64,000 bases of DNA, from IMG/VR virus record IMGVR_UViG_3300038345_000087, positions 32,001 to 96,000 of that record; one strand, 5' to 3'. Below the pieces are notes generated by a model, which had not been told where the DNA came from, searched no databases, and was given only the letters and a program-made list of their open reading frames with translations. Made by a program: the position numbers and the translations under genes. Positions 47,808 through 57,900 of this stretch are shown one piece after another (within the stretch, counting starts at the first letter, position 1; the number at the start of each line of letters is the position of its first letter). The stretch comes from a virus. Lineage: Duplodnaviria; Caudoviricetes.

Positions 47808-48992
47808 ATGAAAAGACTCAATAACTCTCAACCACTGGCGGTCACTACAACATTCAGACCACTCAACACCTCTATGCACATTGAGGTGATGGGTGGTTTG
47901 TCATCGTTGCAGTTTTACCGTCAGACGTTGCAGGAGTGGGTGCCAGATCATTCCATCGCTCCTGTCATCGATGCGCATGGTACGCAGACGGATGGAGCTA
48001 TGCGATTGAGGGCTGTGTATTCTATCATCGACCCTGACAACAATTTGAACACCAACGACCTGGTGCCGCAAATTTTCTGGTATGTCGATGGTACACAAGT
48101 CACGTCAACGGATTCTACACAGGACTACTACATCGTTGGCAATATCCTCTACGTCCGTAAGAACTTCACGCATTTGTTGGGCGCGAATATCTATTGTGAG
48201 TGCCGTTTCACTGACACCCGTACATCAACGCCATTCGTATTGTCAGACACGTTGCCGCTGACAGCAATACTGCAAGCAGATGAACAATGGAGTATCAACA
48301 TCTTGTGCGACCGTACACGAAAGCATTTTCCGCTTCATGCTGCAACAACCATCTACTCTTTTGAGGCAGAAGCACGTCAGGGTAGTGCCGATAAAACGGA
48401 TGCGGTGGCGTGGTTCTGGGATTATTCCATTGACAGAGGAGAGCATTGGCTGACGATTACAGACGATTGCCTCTGGTACGTTAGTGGTAAGAACGCATCC
48501 ACATTATCTGTTGACATGGATTTCATCGAGAGTATCATGGTGCGCTGTCGTATCGGCACTGCAAATGGTACTTCTACGGTGGCTCCAGATCTTCCAAACG
48601 AGGCTACGGCATGTATCGCATGGCGTTTGCCTAAGATCATTCCTGTTGTGTTCTCATACGGTGGCGACCGCATATTTGCCGAAAACTCATTTATGACTTT
48701 CGGGCTGATTGTGCATGTCACCAAGCATAACGACTTGACAGAGGAACAACAACGTCATTGGCTGATGTGCGATTGGGCTGTGCGCCGTCAAGGTAGCAAC
48801 GACACGCCTGTTGCGCTCGGTGCATACGGATTGGAGGTCGTGGTGCCACAACGCTTCATCTATGACACGTCTGGAGCGAAGTTTATCGTGGATCCTCGCT
48901 GCGCTATCCGTGGTGTATATGACATCATAGCCGACCCGTCAGGCGAAGTGTTCCAATCGGCTTCGGGCCATGAGCTTGCTATCCGTACATAG
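47808..48992 (+). CDS. Putative tail protein
   Basis: Beta-rich; directly upstream of the DGR target. Confidence 0.5.
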   Translation: MKRLNNSQPLAVTTTFRPLNTSMHIEVMGGLSSLQFYRQTLQEWVPDHSIAPVIDAHGTQTDGAMRLRAVYSIIDPDNNLNTNDLVPQIFWYVDGTQVTSTDSTQDYYIVGNILYVRKNFTHLLGANIYCECRFTDTRTSTPFVLSDTLPLTAILQADEQWSINILCDRTRKHFPLHAATTIYSFEAEARQGSADKTDAVAWFWDYSIDRGEHWLTITDDCLWYVSGKNASTLSVDMDFIESIMVRCRIGTANGTSTVAPDLPNEATACIAWRLPKIIPVVFSYGGDRIFAENSFMTFGLIVHVTKHNDLTEEQQRHWLMCDWAVRRQGSNDTPVALGAYGLEVVVPQRFIYDTSGAKFIVDPRCAIRGVYDIIADPSGEVFQSASGHELAIRT

Positions 48993-49034
48993 TAGTTAAT
49001 TCGTAAATAATAATAACCCTTAAAAAAAGACAAG

Positions 49035-50285
49035 ATGAAAAAAGCGAAAACTTCTCTTGCATCTGGTGAAGGCATAGCCAAAGTGTTGTGCTTGACCAGT
49101 CTTGACAACCTCTATGAGGCTACGCCGGAAGAGGTGAACAACAGCGCGATTCCATCCACTGTTGTAGGTGCGCTCACTTCCAGTCTCACGCTGGAACAGA
49201 ACTCTAATCCTGCCATCACGGTCAAAAACCGTGGAGCGGCTGAACTCTATCAGGGTCAAATGGGCGGATATGCCTTCTTCATCAAGGATGGCAAAGTCTA
49301 TGCGGCAAAACTGAATGGAGGTGATTGGACGAAGTTTGCCGATGGCACTCCTTTCACATCTGCTCTGGAGCAAGTGTGTGAAACAATGGTACATGTGCCT
49401 GACTGCCATTTCAAAGGCGAAGGTAAGACTCTCCACTTCGGCGGTCTCGTGCCTATCGATGGAGGCCATGTGTTTGAGTCTCCTCATTGGGTAGGTGCAT
49501 ACAAGATCTGGCTTGATGCCAACAACAAGGCACATTCGCGCCCCGACAAGACTCCTGCTCACTCTAAGACGATGAGCAACTTCTGGACTTATGCACAGAA
49601 CCTCGGTACTGAGTTTGGTCTGGCTAACTACCAGTTCCATTGTCTCATCAATGCGCTCTTCCAGGCACGCTATGGCAATCTCAATTCTCAGAGCGTCATC
49701 GGTGCTGGCTTCCAGACTTCTTCGTGGGAGGCTGCTCGTGATGTGCCAATGGGTCTTACAAAGGCTCTTGGTGATGGATCTGGTAGAGTGTTCTACACAG
49801 ATGGTACTATCGGCGACCAGTACCCCGTTAAACTCTTCGGCTTCGAGGATCTTTGGGGCAAACTCTGGGAGTTCCGTCCTGGCATCCGTTTCTACATGGA
49901 TGACACCGTGCGTAAGGCTGTTGTCTATTCAGGCAACAAAGTCAGCAACACGGCTACGGGTCGTGAGTTTGTGTGCAGCCTTACTACTCAGAGCGGTAGC
50001 GGCACTTATGCCAAGTCAATGGAACTTGGTGAGTGGTGGGACATGATAGCTCAGTCTGTCAATGGCTCTGACTCTACGTACTATTGCGATGGCTTCTGGT
50101 ACGCTACGACTGGAGAGCTGCTGGGCGTCGGGGGTCGCGCGGCTTACGGTGCGCTATGCGGGCTTTCGTCTGCGGGCTCGACTGGCGCTTTCTCGCGCTC
50201 GGCCTCGGACATCGGTGCTCGTCTGGCCTTCTACGGTGAGCCGGAAATCGTTAGCGGTGCGCAGCTGGTGGCCTTGACCGCCTGA
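49035..50285 (+). CDS. DGR target; putative receptor-binding tail protein (C-type lectin-like C-terminus)
   Basis: LFGFEDLWGKLWEF and a C-terminal VR ending IGARLAF, typical of CLec-fold DGR targets. Confidence 0.85.
   Translation: MKKAKTSLASGEGIAKVLCLTSLDNLYEATPEEVNNSAIPSTVVGALTSSLTLEQNSNPAITVKNRGAAELYQGQMGGYAFFIKDGKVYAAKLNGGDWTKFADGTPFTSALEQVCETMVHVPDCHFKGEGKTLHFGGLVPIDGGHVFESPHWVGAYKIWLDANNKAHSRPDKTPAHSKTMSNFWTYAQNLGTEFGLANYQFHCLINALFQARYGNLNSQSVIGAGFQTSSWEAARDVPMGLTKALGDGSGRVFYTDGTIGDQYPVKLFGFEDLWGKLWEFRPGIRFYMDDTVRKAVVYSGNKVSNTATGREFVCSLTTQSGSGTYAKSMELGEWWDMIAQSVNGSDSTYYCDGFWYATTGELLGVGGRAAYGALCGLSSAGSTGAFSRSASDIGARLAFYGEPEIVSGAQLVALTA
50115..50225 (+). repeat. DGR variable repeat VR1
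   Basis: 111 bp; 22 mismatches to the TR, 21 of them at TR adenines (one T>G). Confidence 0.95.
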
Positions 50286-50632
50286 TAAGGCGGGTCATTG
50301 GCCAGCCGGCTTGCGTGACCGCTCCTGCTGGCCATGACCGCCTCTGTCGCGTATTTAGCAACCACTAATAATAAGTAGTAATAACCATTTAACAAAATCA
50401 TCAGAGGACAGGCCGCAAGCGGCGACCATCCTAAAACAATTTGACATATTGAGACAACGACGTGGAACAGGTTGTACTTCCTGAACACACATAAACCAAT
50501 AAGCATCTTTGCCGAGGAAGAGTTGAATAGTTCGAGATTCTTCTACAGCTTTCTTGGAGAACAAAGGTGTAGGGACGGAGTGATTGGTGGTTCTCCACCG
50601 AGAATTTCATCCCGAAAAGGCAATAAATCGTG

Positions 50633-50743
50633 GAGCTGCTGAACGTCGGGGGTAACGCGAATAACGGTGCGCAATGCGGTATTTCGTATGCGAACTCGAA
50701 TAACGCTTTCTCGAACTCGAACACGAACATCGGTGCTCGTCTG
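50633..50743 (+). repeat. DGR template repeat (TR)
   Basis: Non-coding; 10 AAY codons and 27 adenines; aligns without gaps to VR1 and VR2; lies upstream of the RT. Confidence 0.95.
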
Positions 50744-51010
50744 AAATTTTACACTAATTATCCACTGTTTATCTCTACCGGCCTCGTGTAGGTCAACGGG
50801 GATGAGCACACGATTGAGCCTGACTCGATGGAAGGATATAGGGTGTGCAAAGCGGTTTTCCCGCTTTGACCTCCTATCCTGACAGAGCGAACACATAAAG
50901 GCGTAGGGTGTTATGAGTCCCCTCGCGCAAGTAAGCAAGGCAGTTGTACGCCTATACCGAAAGCCCGTGAGCCGAGAAGTGTAGAAGGCATAACCGTTTC
51001 CGTAATCAAT

Positions 51011-52378
51011 TTGTCTCGTAAAAGAAGAACGATGGCTGAAGAGTTGGCATACAAAAGAAAGGCAAGCCGTCGCGGTAAGAACCGCAAGGTGCGCATCGCC
51101 CAAGTCTATGACATGGGCAACCTACGTATGGCAGACCGTGAGGCACGAAAAGGTAAGGATGCACATAAGGGTGTTCGCATCTTTGACCGTAATCCAGAAA
51201 AGAACCTTCAGACCTTGCAGGACCAACTTCGCACAGCCACATACCATACTTCGCCAGGACATGAATGTGTGCGCCATTGTCCCTGTGGAAAAGACAGACT
51301 GCTGCATAAGCTGCCGTACTATCCAGACCACGTAGAGAACCATGCGCTCATGCAGATCATCATGCCGATAATGATGCGGGCATATTACTATGACTCGTCG
51401 GCATCTATAAAAGGTAAAGGTATGCACTTCGCAGCACAACGCACGGAGCGTTATATCGATGCACATAAGTATGCCGGTCGTATCTATTATGCCAAACTGG
51501 ACTTCGTGAAGTTCTATCACAACATCAATCAGAAGAAGATTAACCATGTCCTGAGTCGAAAGTTCGGCGATAAAGGCATACGTTATCTGATTTGGGAGAT
51601 TGTTTCAGCATGTGAGGAGGGATTAGGCATAGGATTGTTCCCGATTCAACCGATGGCGAATTTCTACACTTGTGCGCTATGCCGTCTGTTGATGGCTCTC
51701 TTCGACGTATGGGTAGAGATTTATTGTGATGATATGGTCATCATGGGTCTTGATAAGAAAGAAGTATGGCGTGCCGTGAATTTCGTCAGGAAGTATGCTG
51801 AAGAGGTGATGGAACAGCCGTTGCATGACAATATCGGTGTGCAGATTATCGACGAACATCACGGACTCGATTTTGTCGGGTATCAGTTCTTCTTTAATCA
51901 TACGTTGCTCAGAAAACGTATGAAAGCCAAGTTCAAACAGAAGATGCACCGTCTGAAAGACCCTATGCGTCGCTATCAGGCTGCTACTTCATATAAGGGA
52001 TGGCTCATGCACTGCAACGGATTCAACCTCTGGTGTAAGGTGATGCACATGAAATCGTTTAAGGATCTCCAAGTTCCGAAGTTTGAGAAGAAGGATGCCG
52101 ATGGTAAGCGTATGCTTGAAGGTACGAAGGTGTCAGCCTCCATGCTCTGCGGACGTGAAGTTGTCTTTACGGATGTGGAGTTGGGCGTGAAGTCTAAGTA
52201 TAAGAAGAACGCGGCCATCGTACAGGTGGAGGATAACGGACAAAAGTTCAAGTTCTTTACGTGTAACCAGAAACTCATTCAGACGCTCGAATATATCAAT
52301 ACCCATGACGGCTTCCCGTTCACGGGCACCATCGTTCGTGCCAACAACGCGGGATTGCCTGACTACGAGATTACATAA
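51011..52378 (+). CDS. DGR reverse transcriptase with fused C-terminal domain
   Basis: KLPYYPDHVENHA, IKGKGMH, KLDFVKFYHNI, GLGIGLFPIQ, YCDD (51722-51733), GLDFVGY; about 109 extra aa from 52049. Confidence 0.92.
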   Translation: MSRKRRTMAEELAYKRKASRRGKNRKVRIAQVYDMGNLRMADREARKGKDAHKGVRIFDRNPEKNLQTLQDQLRTATYHTSPGHECVRHCPCGKDRLLHKLPYYPDHVENHALMQIIMPIMMRAYYYDSSASIKGKGMHFAAQRTERYIDAHKYAGRIYYAKLDFVKFYHNINQKKINHVLSRKFGDKGIRYLIWEIVSACEEGLGIGLFPIQPMANFYTCALCRLLMALFDVWVEIYCDDMVIMGLDKKEVWRAVNFVRKYAEEVMEQPLHDNIGVQIIDEHHGLDFVGYQFFFNHTLLRKRMKAKFKQKMHRLKDPMRRYQAATSYKGWLMHCNGFNLWCKVMHMKSFKDLQVPKFEKKDADGKRMLEGTKVSASMLCGREVVFTDVELGVKSKYKKNAAIVQVEDNGQKFKFFTCNQKLIQTLEYINTHDGFPFTGTIVRANNAGLPDYEIT

Positions 52379-52448
52379 TCTCTGTGCCAAACGGTTCTCC
52401 CGTTTGGAAAGAAAGGACTAAGTATAAACCCTAAAATATCAGTAAAAA

Positions 52449-53111
52449 ATGAAGAAATCTGAATTTTACGAGAATCCCGCTGCTGTTACTCTCGAAGGTA
52501 ACGTGCTGCGTATCTGCTTCGACAAAGAAGAAGCAGATGAAGTGATCAACAACGAAGTGGAAGGACAGGAGCCTGAGACGCGCAAGGTCTATAAGGCGTT
52601 TGTGGTCCGTGTTAGCGAACCTTTCACCCTCGACAATGTGGCTCAGGCCGTACTGAAGGAGGGCTTCGATGAGTTCAAAGCTGTGGGCGTGGCCGCCGAA
52701 GCTCTGCTTTTGGCTACACAGCAGGGTATCGTCTCTGGCAATGCGCTGGAACTGGCTCGTCAGATGGTCATCGCACGCATCAATGCCTACGATGCTTCTG
52801 AAAATGTCAATCAGTTCTCCTACAACGATGTCCCCATGTGGCTTGACAAAGACACACGCAATGGTCTCATCGCTCGTCTGAATGCTGAGAAGGCCGTTGG
52901 TAAAGAGACATCGACGCTTTGGCTCGGTACACAGTCATTCACCATTACTCCTGATGCCGGCCTTCAGATGTTGTCCGCGCTCGAAGTGTATGCGTCTGAG
53001 TGCTACGATAAGACTGCCGAACATAAGGCTGCTGTCGTTGCAATGAATGACGTAGAGACTATCGTCGCCTACGACTTCACCGCCGGTTATCCCAACCACC
53101 TCGCATTTTAA
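52449..53111 (+). CDS. DUF4376-like tail fibre-associated protein
   Basis: INAYDASENVNQF...MWLDKDTR...LEVYASECYDKTAEHKAAV. Confidence 0.6.
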   Translation: MKKSEFYENPAAVTLEGNVLRICFDKEEADEVINNEVEGQEPETRKVYKAFVVRVSEPFTLDNVAQAVLKEGFDEFKAVGVAAEALLLATQQGIVSGNALELARQMVIARINAYDASENVNQFSYNDVPMWLDKDTRNGLIARLNAEKAVGKETSTLWLGTQSFTITPDAGLQMLSALEVYASECYDKTAEHKAAVVAMNDVETIVAYDFTAGYPNHLAF

Positions 53112-53203
53112 GTAGTGCGCCCGCTGGTTCTTCCAGTGGGTTCACCACTGGTGCTCGGTGGTTGCACGCCGAGGAGTTCTAAACCCGTAATAACGTATCA
53201 AAA

Positions 53204-53692
53204 ATGACTGTATTACTCCTTATCTCTATTGCCCTGGCTCTCCTCTATACAGGAGTGACCATCTGCTTGAACCGTAAACTGCCAAACTCTATATCGCACA
53301 TGGTGTTCTCGCTCAAGAGACCCTATCAGTTTGTGTGGACGCTGTTCATCTGGTCGATGGCTTTCGGTATTTGCCCTTCGTTGCTTGAGGTGATGGATGG
53401 TTCACCATTCCAGTTCCTCGGTTTCCTGACAATAGCATCCCTCGCTTTTGTAGGAGCCATGCCGCTGATCAAACACGACCCGAACACAGCACACAACATC
53501 CTGGCGATTGCTGCTGGCATAGGTTCTCAACTGTGTGTGCTGATAATCAGTCCGTGGTGGCTGCTGCTATGGCTGCTTTTCTTGCCGATTCTGCTGTTCC
53601 CCATGCGCTGTTTTGAGGGTAAGGGCATCTTTGTCCTCGAATTGTTCTGTTATATCACGTTAATAACTTCTGTCCTATGCCAAATACTATAA
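53204..53692 (+). CDS. Multi-pass membrane protein
   Basis: About five hydrophobic helices. Confidence 0.65.
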   Translation: MTVLLLISIALALLYTGVTICLNRKLPNSISHMVFSLKRPYQFVWTLFIWSMAFGICPSLLEVMDGSPFQFLGFLTIASLAFVGAMPLIKHDPNTAHNILAIAAGIGSQLCVLIISPWWLLLWLLFLPILLFPMRCFEGKGIFVLELFCYITLITSVLCQIL

Positions 53693-54774
53693 GTAATCAT
53701 TTTGCCATCACAGCCCTTCAAGAGGGCGTGACGGTGCAAGGATCGTTGCGAATCGACGGCACGCTCTCACAGGCTTGGAACAACAACACGCAGAAGGCTA
53801 TTCCGAACTGGAAGGCGACACAAGCCGACCCGAACCCAAGCCAGCCGCGTGTCTATCCTGTTGTCCGTAAAGGTGTGCAGTATATGAACAACGCTCAGTT
53901 GGTCAACACGCATTGGCTCTACAATGATGTGGTTATCACTTTTGACAACAATGGTGATTCCACCAACTGTGTGGATGCGAACAATGATCCGTTGTTCCAT
54001 GTCGGTACAACCACGGTATCGCTTGGTGGCTCCAGTTATCTTGTTCCATGTCTCACGGTCATCGCCAACCTCGCAACGGCGACGAATATCGACCTCGACA
54101 CCATCGGTTATGAGGGTAGCATTGAACTGTTGGGTAAACAGCAGCCGTTCCAGTGTGCGGTAGATGTCAAAATCTCACAGATGAGCGCACAGGGCTACCT
54201 CGGTCTGCTCTCTCCTGAATCTGCCATTATCACGGAGAAAAATCAGTCCGTGAGCATCGCGGCCTCCCTCTATGCGGAGGATGGCCAGTCGCCCGCAAGT
54301 TGGTACACAAAATGGTACAACGCTGGTACGGGTGATGAATATGTTGCAGCTCGCAATGCTCGTTCGTTCACTGTCAATGAGGCTGATGTGACGGATAACC
54401 TGATTATCCGTTGTGACTTCTTCACGGACAGCAACTATGCGAACCGCGTGACAACGGCCTTCGCTTCCATTGATGATACTCAGGATCCAGAATTTCTGTA
54501 TATCTCGCTCAATGGTTCTAACAGCGATTTCAGTGGTCAACTGTCGCCTGGTGAGTCTTGCACCGTTACAGCGTGGGTGGCCGCTATGGAGGATTCTACC
54601 GACATCAATACGGGATATACCAATTTCTCGTGCAGACTGTATGACGGCCAGCAAAACGAAATCTCCAGTGGTCCGACAATGACCACATCGAACAATCGTG
54701 GCACCATGACTATACCTTATGACTTCGTGGCGCAGAATGGCTACAAGGTCAACGGTATCGTCACAGCGTCTTAG
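53677..54774 (+). CDS. Putative tail protein (Ig-like folds)
   Basis: Beta-rich; context. Confidence 0.5.
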   Translation: MPNTISNHFAITALQEGVTVQGSLRIDGTLSQAWNNNTQKAIPNWKATQADPNPSQPRVYPVVRKGVQYMNNAQLVNTHWLYNDVVITFDNNGDSTNCVDANNDPLFHVGTTTVSLGGSSYLVPCLTVIANLATATNIDLDTIGYEGSIELLGKQQPFQCAVDVKISQMSAQGYLGLLSPESAIITEKNQSVSIAASLYAEDGQSPASWYTKWYNAGTGDEYVAARNARSFTVNEADVTDNLIIRCDFFTDSNYANRVTTAFASIDDTQDPEFLYISLNGSNSDFSGQLSPGESCTVTAWVAAMEDSTDINTGYTNFSCRLYDGQQNEISSGPTMTTSNNRGTMTIPYDFVAQNGYKVNGIVTAS

Positions 54775-54864
54775 TCTGTTCCGTCTAAACCACGGTGCTC
54801 GATGCGTAAGCGTCAGTGCCATCCTTCTCTCTTATGCAGCGCGGCTCATCCGCGCTGTATCTTT

Positions 54865-54900
54865 TTGTTCCGCTCCCCTACTCCACTATTACTATCTTTG
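54865..54900 (+). promoter_or_regulatory. Putative late promoter TTGTTCCG-N20-TATCTTTG
   Basis: Same motif and spacing. Confidence 0.7.
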
Positions 54901-54923
54901 CCCTATAAAAATATCGCGTTCAC

Positions 54924-57900
54924 ATGCAGAATCTTATATCACAGACTTTCGCAGTAACAGCTCAGAAGCCTACTGTATCGGTGGATCACATTGATAATTA
55001 CTACATCACCGAGGCTTCTGGCATCATGCCGTCGGTCAATGACTCACGATGGACGCTGGTGCCTGATGGTCAGCAAGTGCCTGTACCTACAGCATCGGCT
55101 CCATATCTGTGGCATAAATATATCACCTACCTTACGGATGGCACCGCACTGGATCCTATCGTGGAGTTTGCGGGGTCTCTCGGACAGAATGGTTTTGACT
55201 ATGACCTCGTGCCGTCTAATTCGGCCATCATCAAAGATACTTCCGATAACCTCACTCCTGCAAATGTAACTTGCTCGCTCATCAAACGTAATGCCGATGG
55301 TTCTGCTGAGACACAATCCACCGTACCTTCTGGCTACTCGGTGGTGGTATATCGCGACAATACCCCTTCTTCTTATACGCTTGGTGCCAATGTTTCAACG
55401 TCGGGTATTACTTCGGTTATCACTTTTGTGCTGAAGTATGGTTCTATTGAGGTGGAACGCCACGATATTCGTGTCATCGCAGAAGGTGCAGAAGGTCTTA
55501 CTGGTCGTGGCATTCAGTCGCAAGATACAAGATTCAAGGCGACGGCAACCAATTCGCAGCCAGCAACACCCACCAATGATACGACGTGGAACACATGGTC
55601 TGCTCTTTCTTCTGCCGGCTACTCTCAGGACACGCCTTATCTCTGGAAGTGCATAAGAACGGTGTACCGCAATGGTAATGGCACAACTGATACAGAATAC
55701 CTCGTGGAAGGCCCTACTGTATGGGGACAGAATGGTGCTGATGCTATATTTATTGATCTCGACAATGAAATGGATGCCATACCATGTGACAGCACGGGTA
55801 AGGTTACATCGAGAACGGTGCTCACTTCTTATGCCCGTTTATATCGAGGCTCTGCTATCATTAACACCGACCTTACGGCTCCCGTCGCAGCTAATTGTAA
55901 ACTTGGATCTGTAACGCCAACGGTCACTTCTCAGGCTGATGGCTCCTACAAATTGGAATGGGTCTTTGCTGTAAATACACAGTTAAGTGTTGACCGTATC
56001 ACGGCCAATGTCGCTATTGGTTATGGAGGAAAATCTTATGCAGCACTCTTCACAGCCAATGTCGTGAAGTCTGGTTCTCCTGGCGTTTCTCCTGCTATCT
56101 ACCAACTCTTGCTCTCTCAAAACGAGGCTTCTTTTGCCCGTAACAGCAGCAATCAACTTACGCCCGCCTCTATCTCTATCCGTTGTGGTTATACCAAAAA
56201 CTACAATGGCACCATCGATAAGCATGTAGGAAGTCAGGCTTCAGATCTCCAAAACATTGACTCGAAGTATAACATCTTCTACCGTCCTATCGCTTCTAAT
56301 GGAAATCCTGGCTCATGGGCATGGATGAAAGATTTATCTTCAGCAAACTTTTATTTGGTCATCCCAAACTCAACTACCAATATCGCCTATGAGTTTGTCT
56401 TGAGTACGGCTTCTGGCACTGCATCGATTGAAGAATCCAACATTTTTGACCGCGAGACACTACCCATCAACAAGGATGGCCTCAATGGTGCCCCTGGAGA
56501 GTCTGCTCTGATTATCGACCTAACCAATGAGAACGATGCTTTCGGTACGAAGGCTGACGGAAAAATCACCGCGTCTGTGTCTCGTGAAACAAGAGCCTCG
56601 ATGTTCTATGGCATTACGCCATTGACGGCAACATATCAATCCACGAAAACCTATGAGGATGGCACGAATTGTGGAAACGAGGTAGATGTGGTGATAGATT
56701 CTGAAACGGGTCTCGTTACCGTGACGATGAATAACACCAACTTTGTCTATAACAAGACCATCTTCATCGATATAACAGGAACCGCAAGCGGTTACACGGA
56801 TAAGCCTAAGACGGCTCGGTTCACCATACAACCACAAGCAGCCGGAAGTGATGGTAAGACTCCAATCATTTACCAACTGATGCCGTCGCCGTCTCAACTT
56901 TCGTTTGCTCGAAATTCTGATGGTACGCTGAACATGGCTAATAATGTGATAACAGGGTATGTCAAAAAGATAGAGGATGAAGATACAACGATTCTATCCT
57001 CTCTCTCTGGTTATCGCATTTATTACGGCTATGGTAATCCTACAACACCTTCCAATTATATCAGTGTTGGTGGCACGATTACCGTTTCTGCATCCAATGC
57101 GGCTTCTTATGCTTCATTGGTGTTGGAACTCTGGAAGATGAATGGCACGACGAAGCAGAAACGACTTGACCGCGAGACTATCCCAATCAATAAAGAAGGC
57201 CAGAAGGGTGATCCAGGTGATCCAGGCGATGATGGTATAACACCGTTTATTATCGATGTCGATAATGAAATGACCTCTGTGCCTGTCTCTCAGGAGGGTG
57301 CGGTAATTGCAGCAACTACTTTGGAGTTTAATCTTGCTGCATATTATGGTCAAACTAATGTCATCGATGATTGTACGGTTGCATGTGTTTCTGGATCTGA
57401 TCAACAGGTTACAGTGGACGTGACAACAAATAAGGCAAAACCTAAGATTGTCATCGCGCAAGGTTTTACTCCTCCGACGATGATTGAATTGTGCTTCCGC
57501 GTTACACATGCCAACTATGGCTCGCGTGATGCTATTTTCTCTATTGCTTTCGTGAAAGCGGGCGGTCAAGGTTTGAATGCTATTCTCTATGAATTGCTGC
57601 CCTCTCTTTCGCAGATTGCTGTGGGACGTACAGATAATGGTGCTTATAATCCCGCTAATGTGGCTCTGACATGCGGATATACTAAGACAGACGGACCTAA
57701 TACTACGTCTGTGGCAGATTGCACCTCTTCTTTTGACGGATATGAAATATATTTCCGTCGCTTTTCGCGTTCGTCTAACGCATGGCAAACAACATATTAC
57801 AAATATCGTACTTATAAGTCTCATTTGGCTTCTATTGTTGTTGCTACATATTCCAAGGTTCAATTTATCATTTGCACGAATACATCTGGAACTATTACCA

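Larger units (their letters stand above)
49035..52378 (+). mobile_element. Diversity-generating retroelement core (target/VR1 - TR - RT)
   Basis: Adenine-specific TR/VR mismatches plus an RT gene. Confidence 0.93.

Noticed and set aside
50633-50743. AAC-rich periodic sequence as a CRISPR array or tandem repeat
   Set aside because: It is the DGR TR; no repeat-spacer array or cas gene was seen in the window.
50543-51103. 186-aa minus-strand ORF as a possible avd gene
   Set aside because: It is antisense to the TR and RT, its VRVR repeats simply mirror AAC codons, and it shows no Avd-like helical pattern.
51011-52378. RT as a group II intron, retron or Abi RT
   Set aside because: The adjacent TR and two VRs with adenine-specific mismatches identify it as a DGR.
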